64,000 nucleotides of DNA from Vicugna vicugna (GCA_013265495.1 MU058781.1:8599009-8663008), one strand, 5' to 3'. Numbered from the stretch's first letter, positions 12,142 to 25,260 are shown. Notes: a model not told the origin generated them from the sequence alone. Made by a program: numbers and translations.

Positions 12142-13559
12142 TGAACTTTGAAGTCTTAAATGCTATATTGCCTTTACTAATTTTGGAAAGATTGCTAATG
12201 AGCCCCATGTTTTGTGATGGCAGCCTGTGGTAGGCATATGCTTTCTTCTTGATATTTTGCCAGTTGCCCTGGCCTTGTTTTATCCACTATTACCATTTGA
12301 TTTAGACAATATGGCCTTTAACTTGAGGGGTTCTTGAGTAAACGAAAAGAGATCAAAAGTTTCAAAAAAAAAATTTGCTCTTAATGAGAGTATCAAACAA
12401 GAAAACTCCTTTGGTTAATGCTTCATAGAAATGTGGGATCTTTTCCATGCCACCTAAAGGAGGTCATTCAGAGGCTGGTGAAAATAAACACGTCTTGTGT
12501 GTTCTATATAAATGACAGAAAGAATAGCCAGCTTGCTTTGATCATGGACTGTCAACCTCTCCTTGACCTTGCGTGTTGTTAACCCAAATAGGCACTGTGG
12601 TTTAGCCATACTGATAGCAGATAGACAGGAGTCACTAGTTCTTTGAACTACCTTTGCTTGTAGAAATAAATGGTAATGTTGAAGGGATGGTTTAGATATC
12701 TGAGTGAAATTACTTGAAAAGAACAGTGGGAGTGTAAGGAGAAGTGGACAAAGAAGAAAAGTGTGTGTTGAGACAGAGGATAATCTGATATCTTACGTCT
12801 GTAGGAGTGCTCTTTTTATAGCATTCTGTTGATCAGACATAAATTATTGAATGGCCACTCCTATTATGAAAATACTTTTTTGCTTCATGTGGATTTAACT
12901 TTAAGCTCTTCATCGTAAATTGAAGTTGGGGGAGGTACCAGAATATTATTTCAACTTGAATTTGGAAAATAAATTGCTTTCAAAAAAGCTGGCTTATTAA
13001 GAACAGAGAAATGCTTTCTCTTTGAGTTAGCAATTATCCAGTTTAAAGGGAAAAGAGGACTAGACTGGTTCTATTTTTAACTAGATTTATGAGTAATCAG
13101 GTTATCATTCTTTTTTTAATTAAAAAAATGGGCGCTGGGAGATAAAAATAACAGTGAGTTTTAGTTTGGCCCTTGTGCAAGAAACAGGTTAGGTAACACA
13201 ACTTGTATAACTTACTTTTAGTGCCATAGGCTGTGGATGTTTCTGTAAACATAGATATTTTAATTTTGGCTTTTTTAGTTGTATGAAAGGGCTTTGGTTT
13301 GGTGTCAGTTTTATGTTCTTCTTTACAATGTGAGTAGCAGATACAGTGACTCATCGTATGCTTTGACCGGTCGCAGTCTTCGTGGTTCCAGCTATTCTTT
13401 CCCACCAAGAAGTTTTCCTCTATATGGGAAGTTTGTCCAAATATTGTACTGTTTGACTTAACGTGTGTTGTCCATCAAGTTTTGTCTAATGCAATGGTTT
13501 TTCTCTAAACAGTGCTGTTCTTAGCATGAGTTTACATTTACTCCTACATTTTTTTCTAC

Positions 13560-14383
13560 TTTTACTGTTCAGATACTATCTGTGTGCTTATTACTTCAAA
13601 TTTATGTTTCTGATACTCCTCTCTCCTTCCAGAAACTAAGCTTGTACGTCCAGTTGCTTTCTGGACTTAGATGCCCCGTTGACTGTTGACATCATTGCGT
13701 CGGAACCTCTTCGTTATCTCCCTCACCTTTACCCCAGCTGGGGTTCCTATTCATATTGCCTGTCTTGTTTGGCTGCACAGTCACCTATCAGATAGTCTGA
13801 GAGTTTTCTTTGACTCCCTGTTTCCCTCCCTTATTTTCCCCATCCTTAAGAATTCATTCTCCTTCTAAATTATCTTTTCCTTCTTCCCTTTGACCTCTTC
13901 TTCCTCTTTAGTTTTGCCCTATGTTATTAGTATTTTATTGCTTCTTGGAACCTGCAATGAACCACTGTGTTCTCCTGTTTCATCAGATTGCCATGAACTA
14001 GGAACCTGTCTTTTAACTTTAATCCTTTCTATTTTAGTAATGGGCCTTAGTATCTCTTGCTCTTCATATTACACTAGAAATTTAGCTTGATCTCAGCTGC
14101 TTTTCTGTTCCAGGTCAAACCTTCCCCTCCATCACACCCTGTAATGGTCTCAGCTACGGGATAAGATAGAATTTCTTAGTGTAACAAGGTCTTTGAAAAA
14201 ATCTGTTCCTTGCCTACCTCTCCGACTTCTCACCATTCCTCCATAGAATTTTACTTCTCGCCTAAATTATATTTTTCCAGGCTCATAATGTGCTTGCATG
14301 TTTTTCCCTCTTTTCTGGAATATGCTTTCCCTTTCCCCAAAATGGATGCATGTGTGCATGTGTATGCATGAGCGCGTGCGTGT

Positions 14384-14415
<32 letters not shown>

Positions 14416-14640
14416 TCATGCATCTTAGGTAATCCTGCTTGGCAACCTAGTCATCTTTTGGAACTCATATCAAAGGTAATATCATCTGTAAGGTTATCTC
14501 CCTTCTAACTCCCACCCTTTACCTCCAGATACACAGAGGTAAATCACTTCTTTATCCCATACAAACATCCATTGTTGCGTATCACATTTTATTATTTGTT
14601 TACATATTTGGTTCTCTCCTAGATTGTGAGTCCTCAGATC
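13560..14640 (+). mobile_element. Degenerate L2 fragments
   Basis: Pyrimidine-rich L2 body and 3' motif ctctcctagattgtgagtcct. Confidence 0.55.
14384..14409. repeat. (AC)13 microsatellite
   Basis: Seen directly. Confidence 0.95.
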
Positions 14641-17045
14641 AGGTAGTTGACCTCAGGAAAATCCTTTTTTATGGAGTCTAACTTTCTGACTCTACCATGT
14701 AATGATTTTCCTTTTCTTAGGAAACAGATACCGTTAATAGAGGAAGACTGTCAGCTGTTCTGAGAAGAGGCTCCCAGAGCCCCTGTGAATCCCATGTAGA
14801 GTCAGGCTGTATATTTGAAAAAGGGGAAAAACATTCTGATTTTCAAAGATTGTATTAAAGGGCTCTCTTTTTAAGAAACCTTTTTTTTTTAAAATGTTTT
14901 GCTTATAAACTAGGAAGAAACCTGCTCCTTGTTGTCCTAAATGAGACAGAAAACTTGGTTTGTGACTGATGGTCCACAGGTTATTTCCAGAGGCAAGCAG
15001 TAAAAGAAGTATCTCTTCTCCCTTTCTTGGAGTATTGCTCAGTCACCTGGCAGACGCTCAACTGTGAATGGCTGGACCCTGTTCTTCCTGCCAAACTTAG
15101 TGAGCTGGGCCTGCTTCAGGACTCGACCATTGGATTAATTGAAGCATCTCGTCTTGAGTCAGAGGGTAGGAAAGGTGTAGATAAAAACCAGGTAGTGTTT
15201 GACCTTGCTTTAGACACACAGTTATACTCAACATGTATTTGTACAATTAGGTTGAACTGATTCTTCCTTTTTTGGGAAGACAGCTTAGTTAGCATTATTC
15301 TGCTACCAGGGTGTTAGCAAGTCATGGTTAATGTATAATTTTGTGTTAAGTATATTGTTAATTATATAACTATATTAATATCACAGCACTCATCTTACAT
15401 CTGAGTATGAGATTGTCCAGTTTCAATGAATGGGCAAACAACATCAAAACACAAAGTGGGGGAAAAATCAACATGGCTGTCGTAGGGTGTTGGAAAGGCT
15501 AACTTGCTGTAGTACAGGATCTTTGTGGGGGGAGTCCAACAGTAAGATCTCTGCGGACAGTGGTGTGCACTCACTTGTTTGCTGGGGTATCCTTGGTCTC
15601 TGGAACAGTGCCTGGGAAATAGTTGGCACTAAGTTGTTGTTGAATTGAAAGCTGATTCGATGGAGACCAAATTTCTCTGGGTAAGTTGGCTGTTTATGTG
15701 TTAGGTCTTCTTACCGTCTGCCGTATGTGAATTTGTATCGTTCAAATCTTAAGTCGTGAGTCTGTTTAGTCTACTTTCCGTTGTCGCTAGGACTTTGTCT
15801 TGTTTTTCTCCCTGTCAGCTAGTCGGGGGTTAATAATGGTATTTGAGGAACATGCTTGCTGGAAACATAAATGAAGAGCTCTCTGTTGATTCCTAAAGTG
15901 AGGGGTGAGAGTTACATAATTCAGAGCAGATTTTGACCCATTCCCTGCTACAGGCTTTCGTTGCTTGCTCCTTACCCGTGGAAAACATGGGGATAAGTGG
16001 GAGTGCAGGGAGATTACTATGTTACACATCCCAGTAAGAAATTTGATAGGGAATAAAGGAGAAATTATGTTTTAGGGTTGAATTCCTGGTTGACTTAAAA
16101 AAAAAAATGAAGAAATAGTAAGATTTACAGTTGAAAGATTAGTTACTTAATTTGCAAACCAGGAACAGAAAAAGCAGTTTAGATGTAGTAAGTCTTTTTA
16201 AAATGCAAAACTGAGTTTCATAGCTGTCTAACATCTTTTTGGAGAATGGGATTTTGCATATTTCATGATTACTGTTATATCAACAGTTGCTTTGTTTTTG
16301 CCATTTTAAGCAAGAGAGTAAGTGAAAGAGGTCAGTGTATTATGTACTGGCAACAGCTGGCTGATAGCATTGAATACTTACGTAATTAAATATATGTGTT
16401 GGCTATTGTCCTAACAGCTCTGTAGGTGGAGGCCCCAGAAAGCATGCAGAAACTTGCTTTAGCAGGATTAAAGAAGAAATCAACATGATCTAAGCCTGTG
16501 CTTTCAGCCAAGAGTGATTTCCTATTGTTTTGGTTTGAAAGACATTCTACTTATTCTTGGTGTGTGTGTTTATACAACAGCAGACAAAAAAAAAAAAAAA
16601 GACACTTGTATTTTTTTTCTCCCCTTATGCTCTTAAGTGTGAAAAACATAATCTTAATTTTTGGTCACTCAGTAGGGTTGTTTATTAACTGAGAATTAAT
16701 GAAATAAAGAAATATGACCTTTAAACCCCCAGGACACGATACTAAAATATTAAACATTAACTGTTTCTGTTTCTTTCTTATGATTAGAATTAGGATTAGG
16801 TGTCCTCTGGGCCATGCTAAAATAGTGACTTTGATTTTACACTACATGAAGGCATGGTTGTCTGTGATCATGGGAAACTGGATAGGGGTGGCAGTGAAGG
16901 ATAAAAAGAATCCAAGGTCAAGTGTAACTCTGCCTTCAGTTAGTAGTCTTACCTGTGGATGCAGATTCTACTCAAAGTACCCTATGGTTACCTCTCTTAC
17001 TGCTTTTATACCTCAAGGGCTGAGGCCAGTCCTTAAGGCACCTTT

Positions 17046-17648
17046 TTTTTTTCATTTTTCATTTTTATTATGCAGAATTGTTACAGTTTGACTGCATATA
17101 TATAATATATTGCATATAAATACATATACACAATATACTGCACGTATTTAAAAAAATTTATATATATGTACTATTCATTGCTTCTAAGAACGTTTAGAGC
17201 TTTAGCTTTTTAAACTTACATAGTTATCAAAAGAATAAAGCCAACCACAAAATAAGAATTAATTTAAAAAGATACATACACCCCACTATTTAACAGCAAC
17301 ATTCTCTATAATTGCCAAGATATGGAAGCATCCTGTGTGCACATCAATAGATGAATGGATAAAGATGCAGTGTATATATGTAATGGAGTACAACTCACAC
17401 GTAAGAAAGGATGGTTTGCCATTTGCAGCCCTTCATTCACTGTTCTTTTCACTTCAAAAACCAGAATTTTATAACTGACATAAACATTTCCATTGCATCA
17501 AAGACAAAATACCTAGAGATAAACTTAACCATGGAGGTTACTTATACTCTTAAAAACTGTAAAACATTGAAGGAAATTAAAGATGATACAAAGAAATGGA
17601 AAGAGACCTTGTGCTCTTGGATTGAAAGAATCAACATTATCAAAATGG
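17046..17648 (-). mobile_element. L1-mediated chimeric retro-insertion (poly(A) on the minus strand, two L1 ORF2 fragments on the plus strand, non-L1 cargo) with 15-bp TSD
   Basis: TSD ccttaaggcaccttt (17031-17045) and ccttaaggcatcttt (17649-17663); polyT 17043-17052; minus-strand AATAAA at 17064-17069. Segment 17485-17648 encodes the L1 ORF2-like peptide KYLEINLT...KEIKDDTKKWKETLCSWIERINIIKMA. Confidence 0.85.
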
Positions 17649-18029
17649 CCTTAAGGCATCTTTAAGTACAAGCTCTGATGAGTGGATGGTACCTTTGTGG
17701 GTGTTAGAAAAGGATGCCAGTCCTTGTAGCCACAGTCTGGCACAGCTGTGTGTGGCTGCCCATACAGATAACCATATATTTTAATAATGTTTTTGTCTGT
17801 AAGCCATTTCACAGTTCCTTGGGGATAGCCACTATGTCTTTTATCTGTACCCCAGCACCTAACACAGTGGTTGACAGTAAGAGTTGAACAAATGAGTGAG
17901 CCAGCTCACGTGTTAGCTTTCTCTGTATGTTGACTCTCCTGAGCCCTTCCACCCCCTTCCTCTTTCAGAACAAGTGTCCTCCTCTGTCACTTTTCTTAGC
18001 ACTTTTTCTGTATCTCTCTTTTTTATTAG

Positions 18030-18510
18030 ATTGCATCACTTAGAAATGAAGTTCAGCTGCATGTCATAGAAAGCCCTTAAATAAGATAGGGGATTCATTT
18101 TTCTTTGTGTAATGCAAAGTCTGTAGTTGGGAAGTTTACTGTCTTTAGTTTACCAAGTCAAGGATGTGAGGGCTGAGTCTCTGAAGTTTTATTGATTTTT
18201 GCATTATGATGTAAAATGATTGCTACTCCTCAGCCTTCATACCTACCTCACAAAAAGGGACCAGGCCAGCTGAGTTTGTCCCTCCTTTAAAGGAACTTTA
18301 TAGGAAGTCCCACACAGAATGCTGTGTTTGCATCTCATTGGCTGGAGCCATATCATATGACTACGTCTATTTGTAAGGGAGGCGAGGAAATGTGATATAT
18401 TTTCATTTATTTCAGACTGGTCACGTTGTTGCTCCCAACAGACTAGGGGTTCTGTTAATACTGAAGAAGGGGAGAATGCTCACTGGGTCTGACTTGATGT
18501 CTCTGCTACA
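18030..18510 (-). mobile_element. MLT1-type (ERVL-MaLR) solo LTR
   Basis: Motifs cttaaataagatagg, ggaagtcccacac, catctcattggctggagc, tttgtaagggaggcgaggaaatgtg, typical of old MLT1 elements. Confidence 0.7.
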
Positions 18511-19868
18511 GGGCACAGTCTTGGGGGCAGGATATGTATTTTATTTACCTTTCTCATTTATCAGGACTACAGTTATTGGATGAGATTCTCAACATATTTG
18601 TGAACAGATGGCCCTGCTTTCTCCTGTTTACTTTATTCAGAATGTTTAAGAAACAATGTAGTTGACATTTGAGAACTTTTCTTCTTTTTGATTACACAGA
18701 GCTGTCTCTAATGAACTAATGACGATAACAAAATACACTCGAGAAGCTCATGGCTTAGATATTGCACAAATAATAATAAAAAAGAATAATTGGGATTTTC
18801 ATATACTTTCCACTCTTAGGATCTGCAGTGACCATATTTGAAATGGAATCTGTATCTCATTGTTTCAGATACCCAGTTCTATGATAATAATAATTATAAA
18901 CCTGGTTTAGAAACTAGAAATTTTCTAAGAGTTTAGCCAGAAAATGAAAGCAGAGTTTAAAATTATCACAGAAGGTCTTAACCAATTGCAAGACAGGTTG
19001 AGACTTAAATTCATTCTATAATTGTTAGAAAACAGTATTTTATATAATTCTAAAAAGTTTATTTCAGCTGAGAACAATGCTTCTTTTTACTCAGATGGAA
19101 AGTTGGTATTCTACAGTTATGTTGAAAAAAAAAAATGGAGGATTAGATGTAACCAGTGAAAAGCTAACCAAAGGGAGAAGTCCTGTAGAACTTGCTGTAG
19201 ATCTTCTGTAGCTTAGCACCACTGGATGTTCTTAGAGGAAAGTTAAGAGTATCCAGTTCTCATCCTAGAATGTGACCTGAAAGTTTTTGCATCAGTGTCT
19301 TTTTGTGTCCCTACAGAGATGCTCTGCTGAGCCACTGATACAAACTGCCCAGATATATTTATGTTCTAATGCCCATTCATTAGTGGTGTTCTTCATTTGG
19401 TGAGTGAGTGTGTGTGAATATGAATGGGTCTGCTCTTCTCAATGTAGACGGATTAAGAAAGAAACTGACAGAATCACATGATACAAAATATTTTGGGAAA
19501 AAAATTAAGGTGTATATCAAGAATCTCTTTTACAGTATATTTTAGAAAACAACAGCTCATCCTTTGTGCCAGCCAGTGATGCACTTTCTAGCTCATAAAT
19601 TTCTTCTCTGCTCTAAGAGAGATCAGATAAGCAAGTTTATAGCAAAACTAAAAAGTTTAATTCGGTGCTTTCCTTAAATGCCTGTCAATAGTTTGATAGT
19701 TACTGCAGGGAAAGGCTTGTTTTTCTTTAAATGAGAAAATGTTTTGAGACAACTTCTTTGTTTTTTTGTCATCCATAGTTGAAACATTGATTAATTTGCT
19801 GTTTTGATGTTTTTACTCTTTTAATAAATAACAAAGGTTTTGGTGTCATTTAAAAATGGTTATTTTTA

Positions 19869-19955
19869 GGTGGTGGAAGTATAGCTCAGTGGGAGAGCAT
19901 GTGCTTAGCATGCACAAGGTCCTGGGGTCAATCCCCAGTACCTCCATTTTTAAAA
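19869..19955 (+). mobile_element. Camelid tRNA-derived SINE (vic-1-like), short copy
   Basis: gtatagctcagtgggagagcatgtgcttagcatgcacaaggtcctggggtcaatccccagtacctcc; same family as the copies at 11950 and 23714. Confidence 0.9.
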
Positions 19956-20267
19956 TATGGTAATTACAAAATATATGAAAATGGAACCCATGGATATTCC
20001 ACTGAGCAAATCCTGGGTGTATGGTTCCTTGAGTATATATTTCTGATCCGCTCGTTGTCCCACTGCCTGAATAACCACAGGCCACAGTTAGAGCCTTGGA
20101 ACTCTGTGTTAGTGAGAGCACAGATGCAGTGGAGACCTGGGGTCTTGCGAAGAAGGTGCACTGTGCAGGTGGGGTTAGAGGAGGGCCCTTATCAATAGTC
20201 CTAGTGGGGATGGAGAGGAGAGTCAAAGATCTAGAATCTGGGAGTCTTGTCTTCTGTAGGCTTAGGG

Positions 20268-20960
20268 CAGTGTTTCTGAACGTTAGCAGACCCAGTGATC
20301 CTTTTGTATAACAAGTGTTTTGCAATGTACCCTTTATTAATTCATCTGATTCATGATTAAAATTGGTGAAATAAAATTCATTACTACACACATAATTACA
20401 AATAACACAATGCTCTGAATATAATTGATATAGGAGGAAATAAATGGAAACATTGATGCTGTAATATATTTTTCAAAATATAAATGCTCAGGTACTAATA
20501 TGCTGGAAGACCAAATGAAATTTCCTGTATGCAGAATTACACTGAATGTGAGAGTGATGAGTTCTGTCTGATGTGTGTGTAGCCTTAATAGCTTAAATAC
20601 CGAGAATGACATTGCGCTAGGGATGTGCCTTTCTGGGATGAATGACAACCCTTGGTAAAGTTCTTAATGAAAGGAAATATGCTTTTCCTTCCATTTTCAT
20701 GAAAGGTGAATACCTTACAGTGTCTGAGAAGTCTGTCGTGATTATGTGTAAGATAGAGTTAGATTCTGGGGCCAAATAGTATGTTTTTTCACGTCCTTGA
20801 ATGTTCAGTGGGACATTGAGAACTCATGCAGCACCTGTGGAATTCTTTCTACAGGACAGACGTGCATTAGAAAACATCCAGCACCTCTGACTCCTGCTCA
20901 CTCAATGGCATTTGCATTCTCCAATCAGTATCACGACTGAAAAGATTTTATAGATTTAAC
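20268..20960. mobile_element. hAT-Charlie-like DNA transposon remnant
   Basis: Begins with a Charlie-type terminus, cagtgtttctgaac. Right end is not clearly recognisable. Confidence 0.5.
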
Positions 20961-21099
20961 CCCTAATGAGTATAATTTCTGTATGGCCTGAAACACCCAA
21001 AACAAGATTTTAAAAATCTATAGTGGTTTAAAAAGATACATATAATTAATATACATGTGTATATATATATGATGTATATATAAATATTAATGAATATAT

Positions 21100-21530
21100 A
21101 TGAATAATTTCAAAGAGCTCCTTAAATGAGACAGCTTAATAGAAAAATCTTCAAAGGGAAGGCAGTTAATGCAAGAAGAAATGCAAATGGCAAATAAACA
21201 ATGAAAAGATTTTCATCCTTACCAGTAAGTGGTCAGAAAAATAGAAGTTAAAATAAGATACTGTTTCTTGATGGATAACTCAGATTGCATTTTTCAGTAG
21301 ATCCGGTGCTCCTAAGATTTGGGGGAAATGTTTACTCTGATAAATTGCTGGTGGAAGTTTGAATTATTACTGTCTTCTAAGAAAGTAATTTTTTGATAGG
21401 TATAAAAATTGAAAGGATATATGCCCCTTGACTTAGCAGTTCTGTGTTTTATGACCTCCTGCAGATATAAAAACATTTGTCTGCAAGGATAGGGAAGTAA
21501 AGTCATTTATTGCATCATTGTAACACTTCT
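21100..21530 (+). mobile_element. Old L1 ORF2 3' fragment
   Basis: aagaagaaatgcaaatggcaaataaacaatgaaaagat and ttgctggtggaagtttgaatt. Confidence 0.7.
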
Positions 21531-21559
21531 TGCTGTTATAAATAACAAATCTTACTCTT

Positions 21560-24500
21560 CTGTTCCTTACTTGTCCCTCTTTCCCTTCTTCCTTCAACTG
21601 TGTACCCTGGAATAATTCCCTACAGGTATATGTAAGGCTTCCTTCATTCTTACATTTATAGATTCTTAGAATACTTCTTTGTGCTCTTATTTATTTATGG
21701 ATTCATAAATATTCTATTTTATATACATGAAATATTATTTACTCATCTATTGATGGACATTTAGGTTTTTCTATTATAAATATATTTATAAGTTATATAA
21801 ATATATAATATTAATATATTTTACATAATGACTATTATAAATATTGTTTATAAACGTGTTTTGACTGGAACTTTATGTAGAGTGTTAAAGATTTTTGTTT
21901 TACCTTCCATCTTGAAATGATACCATACTGAAAAGTTGCAAGAACAGTGCAAAGACTTACCGTAGACCTTTCACCCAGCTTCCTCTAATGTTTAAATGTC
22001 TTTCATTACCATAATGCAATTATCAAACCAGGAAGTTAATATTGATACAGTACTCTGAACTACTATACAGACCTTATTCAAATTTTGCCTCTTTTTCTGG
22101 TTCAGGAGTCAATTTAGGATCCTATGCTGCATTTAGTTGTCACATCTCACACGTCTCCGTCTCTTTCAATCTAGGACATTTCCTCAGTCTGTCTTTGTCT
22201 TTTATGACATTGACACTTTTGAAGACTATTGGTGATTATGTAAAGAAATATTGCTTAATTTGAGCTTTTCTGATATTTCCTCACGATCAGATTCAGATGT
22301 GAATGCATTATCAAGAATACAGGGAGTGATAGGTACGTATCCTTCTTAGTGTGTCATACCAAGGAGATTCAGGATATTGTTATATCTCTTCTTAGTTAAC
22401 TTTAACATACAGTAACTAGGTGTTAAATTTATTTACTTAAGGTGGTGACTTTTGTCTTTCTCCGCTGTAAAGTTACTGTCTTCCCCTTTGCAGTGACTAT
22501 GTGATACTTTGCTATTGTGCATACACTTTCTTGTCATGCTTTCACTTAATTTATCGTCCATTGATTGTTTTTGCCTATAGCAATTAATTCTATGATATTT
22601 ATCAAATGATGGTTTTTCTGTTTCCATCATACCATCTACACTGATTAACTGAAATCTTAATGTGAGGAAGAGCTGACTCTTCTCTCTTCTATCTTTGTAA
22701 TAATGTCATTAAGAGAGTCAAGGTTAATTATTTTAACCTTGGACATAATCCTTTACTGTCATTATTTTATTACTCAAATTGTCCTGGATTTAGCCCATAG
22801 GACTCCTTTAAGTTGGCTCCTTTCTTCCTGGTGACACAAGAGTCCGGGCTCATCTTACACTTTCCTTGCTTTCTTCCTGGAATGAGCCACTTCTCCAAGG
22901 AGCTCTGGTTCTGGTCATTGGTGAATGGTATAAAGAAACCTGATCTGAGCACTAGGTACGCTCCTTGCTACTGGAATGTCATTGCATCTAGGTATTGTTG
23001 GTGGACAGAGCTAGGAAATGTATGTTTGCAAACATCTATATCTATTTATCTGTATATGTATTAAAAAGCATAAGGTCACACTCTGCCCTTTGATTCTATT
23101 TCAGCTGCATAGAATTTCTTTCTAGCCTTCCTCCTTTTCTTGTACATAATCCGTTCTATAACAGTGAGAAACACAGCTCTCATTTTTTACAATGTGTTTG
23201 CTACTTATTTAGTCCTACTAAACGTATAGAGTGGTTTCAGAATTACCTATCTTCATGTGAAAAAGACATTTTAGTAACTAGAATATAATGTTTGTCTTAA
23301 ATTCTTTTTGTCTTTAATCTTACATTATGTAGTTCAAAGTTACTTAGGTTAGTTCTTACTTTTGCTGTCCCATTCACTGTGGTTATGTTATTAATTTGTA
23401 ATTCAGTTGGTAATTTGTTACCATTAATGATAATTTGTTACCATTAGCGTTTCATTATGGATTCTGCTCACTTCCTGTCTGGTTAAAAGAAAATTTTTTT
23501 GAGGACGTGAAACATTAGTGCGATTTTCAGAACTGGACTGAATACTGAGAGCTGTGTCACTGACAGCTCATCCTGTGTCTCCTGCCCATTCCTTGTCTTA
23601 CCATCCTCATCCCACCTGTCTCCATTGGCTTCTGGTTTATTCCTCCTCTTTTGTACACATAGCACAAGTCAGGTTGTGATTTTTCTGTTTCTATCATACC
23701 ATTTACATTTATTTATTTAAAAATTTGTTTTAATTTTTTTTTCTATTTTTTGAAGAGTGATATTTATTTAGGGTTTTTTTTTTTTGTAGGGGTTAGGTAA
23801 TTACGTTTATTTATTTCTTTATATTTAGAGGAGGTACTGGGGATTGAACTCAGGACCTCATGCATGCTGAACATGTGCTCTACCACTTGAGCTATACCCT
23901 CTCCCTCCTTTTACATTTATTAATTGTAATTTAACTATAAGGAAGAATTGTTTTTTTCTCCTTCATCTATTATTTAATCATTTGTTTATATAAGTATAGG
24001 GTCGTGGTTATTTATTCTCTGGGTCCATAATCCTGTAAGCCACAGAATAAATATACAGAATTCTGTATGCAGAATTCATGTACATTTTTAAAAGTCTCCC
24101 TCAAGTTTCCACTTAAGTAATAGCATATTCTAACATTCTTTTATTCTGTGCTTTTCTGTGACGTATTCTGGAAACTGCATCAATTGATGGAGATTGTCCT
24201 CTCTCTCTTACAACGGAATAGTACTTCACTGAATGGCTATATCATGGTTTATTCAACTACTTTTTTGTGCATGTGGGCATATACGTTGTCTCCAATATTT
24301 TGTGGTTCCAAATAGTGCTGTAAGGAGTAAACTTTAGTACATATATTTTTGAATTATTGGAGGTGTGTCTTGAGGGTGAATTTCCAGAGTGGAGGTTGCT
24401 AGGTTGTAGGGTAAGTGTTTCCATAGATATTAACAAAATACTCCAGAATGGTTGTAATGATTTGTGTTCTTACTAGCAGTGTATGAAAATTGCGTGTTTC

Positions 24501-25260
24501 CCCATAGCCCCTCAAACAGAATGTTGCTGTTATCATCCACTAGAATTGCACCACTCTAGGGGAGGGGAGGGCCTCAGCGTCTTAGTTTTCATTTCTCTGC
24601 TTGTCAGTGAGTTAGAGCATCTTATATGCTTGGCCATGTCTTTTTTCTCATTCATTCATGTCTTTTTTTAAGTTTTTTTATCCATTGTCTCAATTTTTAT
24701 GAGTTTTTGGAGTGTTGCAGATAATTGTCTGTGATATATGTCATAAACACCTTCTCCTAGTTTTTCAGTTATCTTATGACTTTGCTTATGGTGTTTCCTG
24801 ACATGTAAAATACTTTTGTTGTTAAATTTATGAGGTTTTTTTCCCCTGTTTCTCCTGAATTTTGAGTCATAGTTAAGTTAAAGCCTTTCTGTACACTAAG
24901 GCTAAGGAGACATTCACTCGTGTTTTCTTCTAATACTCGTATGTTTTTTTAAAGAAAGAAAAAGGATTTTTTTCCCTGATTTGTGTGGAGTTTATGCTAA
25001 TGTATGATATGAGCTAGTTAATTGAATTAAGATACTTAATTTGTCTGAGTAGCTACTTAACTGTCCTAGGACTCTTTACTGAAAATATTTTCTCTACCCC
25101 ACTGTTTTGAGATGCCACTTTTATCGTATATTAAATTTCCAAATTTATATAGGTCTAATTTGGGCTTCTTATTTTATTCCACAGGCCTGTTTGTTTATTT
25201 ATGTTTCTGTGAAAGTTTTATTTATGAGTTGATGTCTGCTAGGTTTAATCTCTCCTTGGA
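21560..25260 (-). mobile_element. Composite of nested old L1 fragments (L1MC/L1ME-like), interrupted by a SINE
   Basis: Antisense L1 motifs: ctattgatggacatttaggtt, gaaaagttgcaagaacagt, tgctgcatttagttgtca, gccacttctccaaggagctctggttc, tactagcagtgtatgaaa. Confidence 0.75.
23714..23906 (-). mobile_element. Camelid tRNA-derived SINE (vic-1-like) with TSD
   Basis: ggaggtactggggattgaactcaggacctcatgcatgctgaacatgtgctctaccacttgagctataccctc. TSD ccatttacatttatt (23699-23713) and ccttttacatttatt (23907-23921). Confidence 0.92.

Noticed and set aside
14700..14800. Strong acceptor ttttccttttcttag ending at 14720
   Set aside because: No convincing donor nearby and no CDKAL1-like peptide.
17411..17665. 84-aa ORF with real protein similarity
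   Set aside because: An L1 ORF2 fragment with indels, not a host gene.
19869..19946. tRNA-like sequences (also 12065-12141 and 23830-23906)
   Set aside because: These are SINE heads with A-rich tails and, for two copies, TSDs; there is no proper acceptor stem, so they are not tRNA genes.
19846..20391. 181-aa minus-strand ORF
   Set aside because: Runs through a SINE and a hAT remnant; not protein-like.
21770..21860. AT-only palindromes (e.g. 21774-21791)
   Set aside because: Expected in pure A/T low-complexity DNA inside an old L1.
23411..23446. 16-bp direct repeat with 20-bp period (similar 12-bp-period duplication near 61156-61178)
   Set aside because: Ordinary slippage duplications within repeat-derived DNA.
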